DNA from: a virus
Length of the DNA: 64,000 nt
Reading direction: 5' to 3' (one strand)
IMG/VR virus record: IMGVR_UViG_3300006738_000004
Coordinates: 36,936 to 100,935 of that record
Shown one piece after another: positions 63,403 through 64,000 of the stretch. The notes below the pieces were generated by a model. It did not search any database, was not told the DNA's origin, and saw only the letters and a list, made by a program, of their open reading frames with translations. The translations under genes were made by a program, and so were the position numbers. How positions within the stretch are numbered: position 1 is the first letter of the stretch; each line of letters begins with the position of its first letter.

Positions 63403-64000
63403 ATGGCACGAACCATTCGAGAGATAGTCCACGAGCAGATGCAGATGCAGATGCAGCCGCTGAAGCTCCAGCCGGATTACGGAAGTTCAGAGGGGGCAGC
63501 AGTGCCACGCGGGGAAGACCGCCAAAAGCAAGCCTTCAACAAAGAGAACGGCCCTGAGCTACTGGGCCAACTGCTTCGCGTGCTCAAGAGCAACGGCATG
63601 GACGACGCACTACAAGCTATCAAAAGCTGTGGCCTCACCCGTAAGCTCAACGATGAGTGGATGGGAGACACCCGGAACCGCCAGAAGCGCAAGCGTGATC
63701 GGCGTGCAGGCCAGCAATCCCTTTCAGCCCTGAGTAACGATTTTCACGATGTCCATGACGCCGTTGACATGACCAGGAAGACCTACAGACCGTTGGCGTT
63801 GGTGCTTGGGCGACTGGCAAAGCCGAGAGGGTCGATGGACGACCCCATCTTTAGGTCGGGGTATCTGGAAGACGTAGACGAAGCCATCGAGCAAATCCAA
63901 GACATCGAGTGGGCGGCACCCCGGTTGTACATGGTCCAGAGCGCACTGTCGGATGCGCTTTCGGAGTTGGTCCCTCTTTCCAAGAAGCTCAGAAGGCTGC
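63403..64000 (+). CDS. hypothetical protein, 3'-truncated by the window edge (MARTIREIVHEQ...)
   Basis: GGGAG RBS; frame open to the window end; absent from the ORF track because it has no stop. Confidence 0.65.
   Translation, partial: MARTIREIVHEQMQMQMQPLKLQPDYGSSEGAAVPRGEDRQKQAFNKENGPELLGQLLRVLKSNGMDDALQAIKSCGLTRKLNDEWMGDTRNRQKRKRDRRAGQQSLSALSNDFHDVHDAVDMTRKTYRPLALVLGRLAKPRGSMDDPIFRSGYLEDVDEAIEQIQDIEWAAPRLYMVQSALSDALSELVPLSKKLRRL

Noticed and set aside
1-64000. Eukaryotic giant virus origin or stop-codon recoding
   Set aside because: Shine-Dalgarno sites, overlapping operons, DnaB/PolA and a PG-binding domain indicate a bacteriophage; TAG, TGA and TAA all terminate well-packed genes.

Overview
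This window looks like part of a large, GC-rich tailed-phage genome (jumbo/myovirus-like). Genes are densely packed, have bacterial Shine-Dalgarno sites and use the standard genetic code. I found no integrase, tRNA, rRNA or cas genes. Bases 1-38.6 kb are mostly a + strand virion module: baseplate- and tail-associated proteins, modular fibre/spike proteins, two paralogous DUF6519/DUF4815-like giants, a 1981-aa beta-helix tailspike and an embedded SAM methyltransferase. Small - strand genes interrupt it. Bases 40.7-48 kb are a replication module: SNF2 helicase, degenerate DnaC-like loader, DnaB, stand-alone primase zinc finger and family A DNA polymerase. Bases 48-64 kb hold accessory genes (DnaQ exonuclease, metallophosphoesterase, a multidomain protein ending in a 2H phosphoesterase, cold-shock protein, glutamine synthetase II, FmdB zinc ribbon) and a ~900-bp non-coding locus. 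The strongest unexplained structure is regulatory. Three recurrent intergenic motifs sort the genes by function: A = GGGGTTC-N16-CCGTA (9 copies), B = CG[G/A]T-N7-CTAT (12 copies, before structural/late-type genes) and C = GGGG[G/T]T[C/T]-N16/17-GGGTA (5 copies, including the replication genes). A and B sit back-to-back five times. Three A motifs point at structured, apparently non-coding transcripts, one carrying CRISPR-repeat-like 27-bp direct repeats. All family calls come from motif recognition by eye; no database searches were run.
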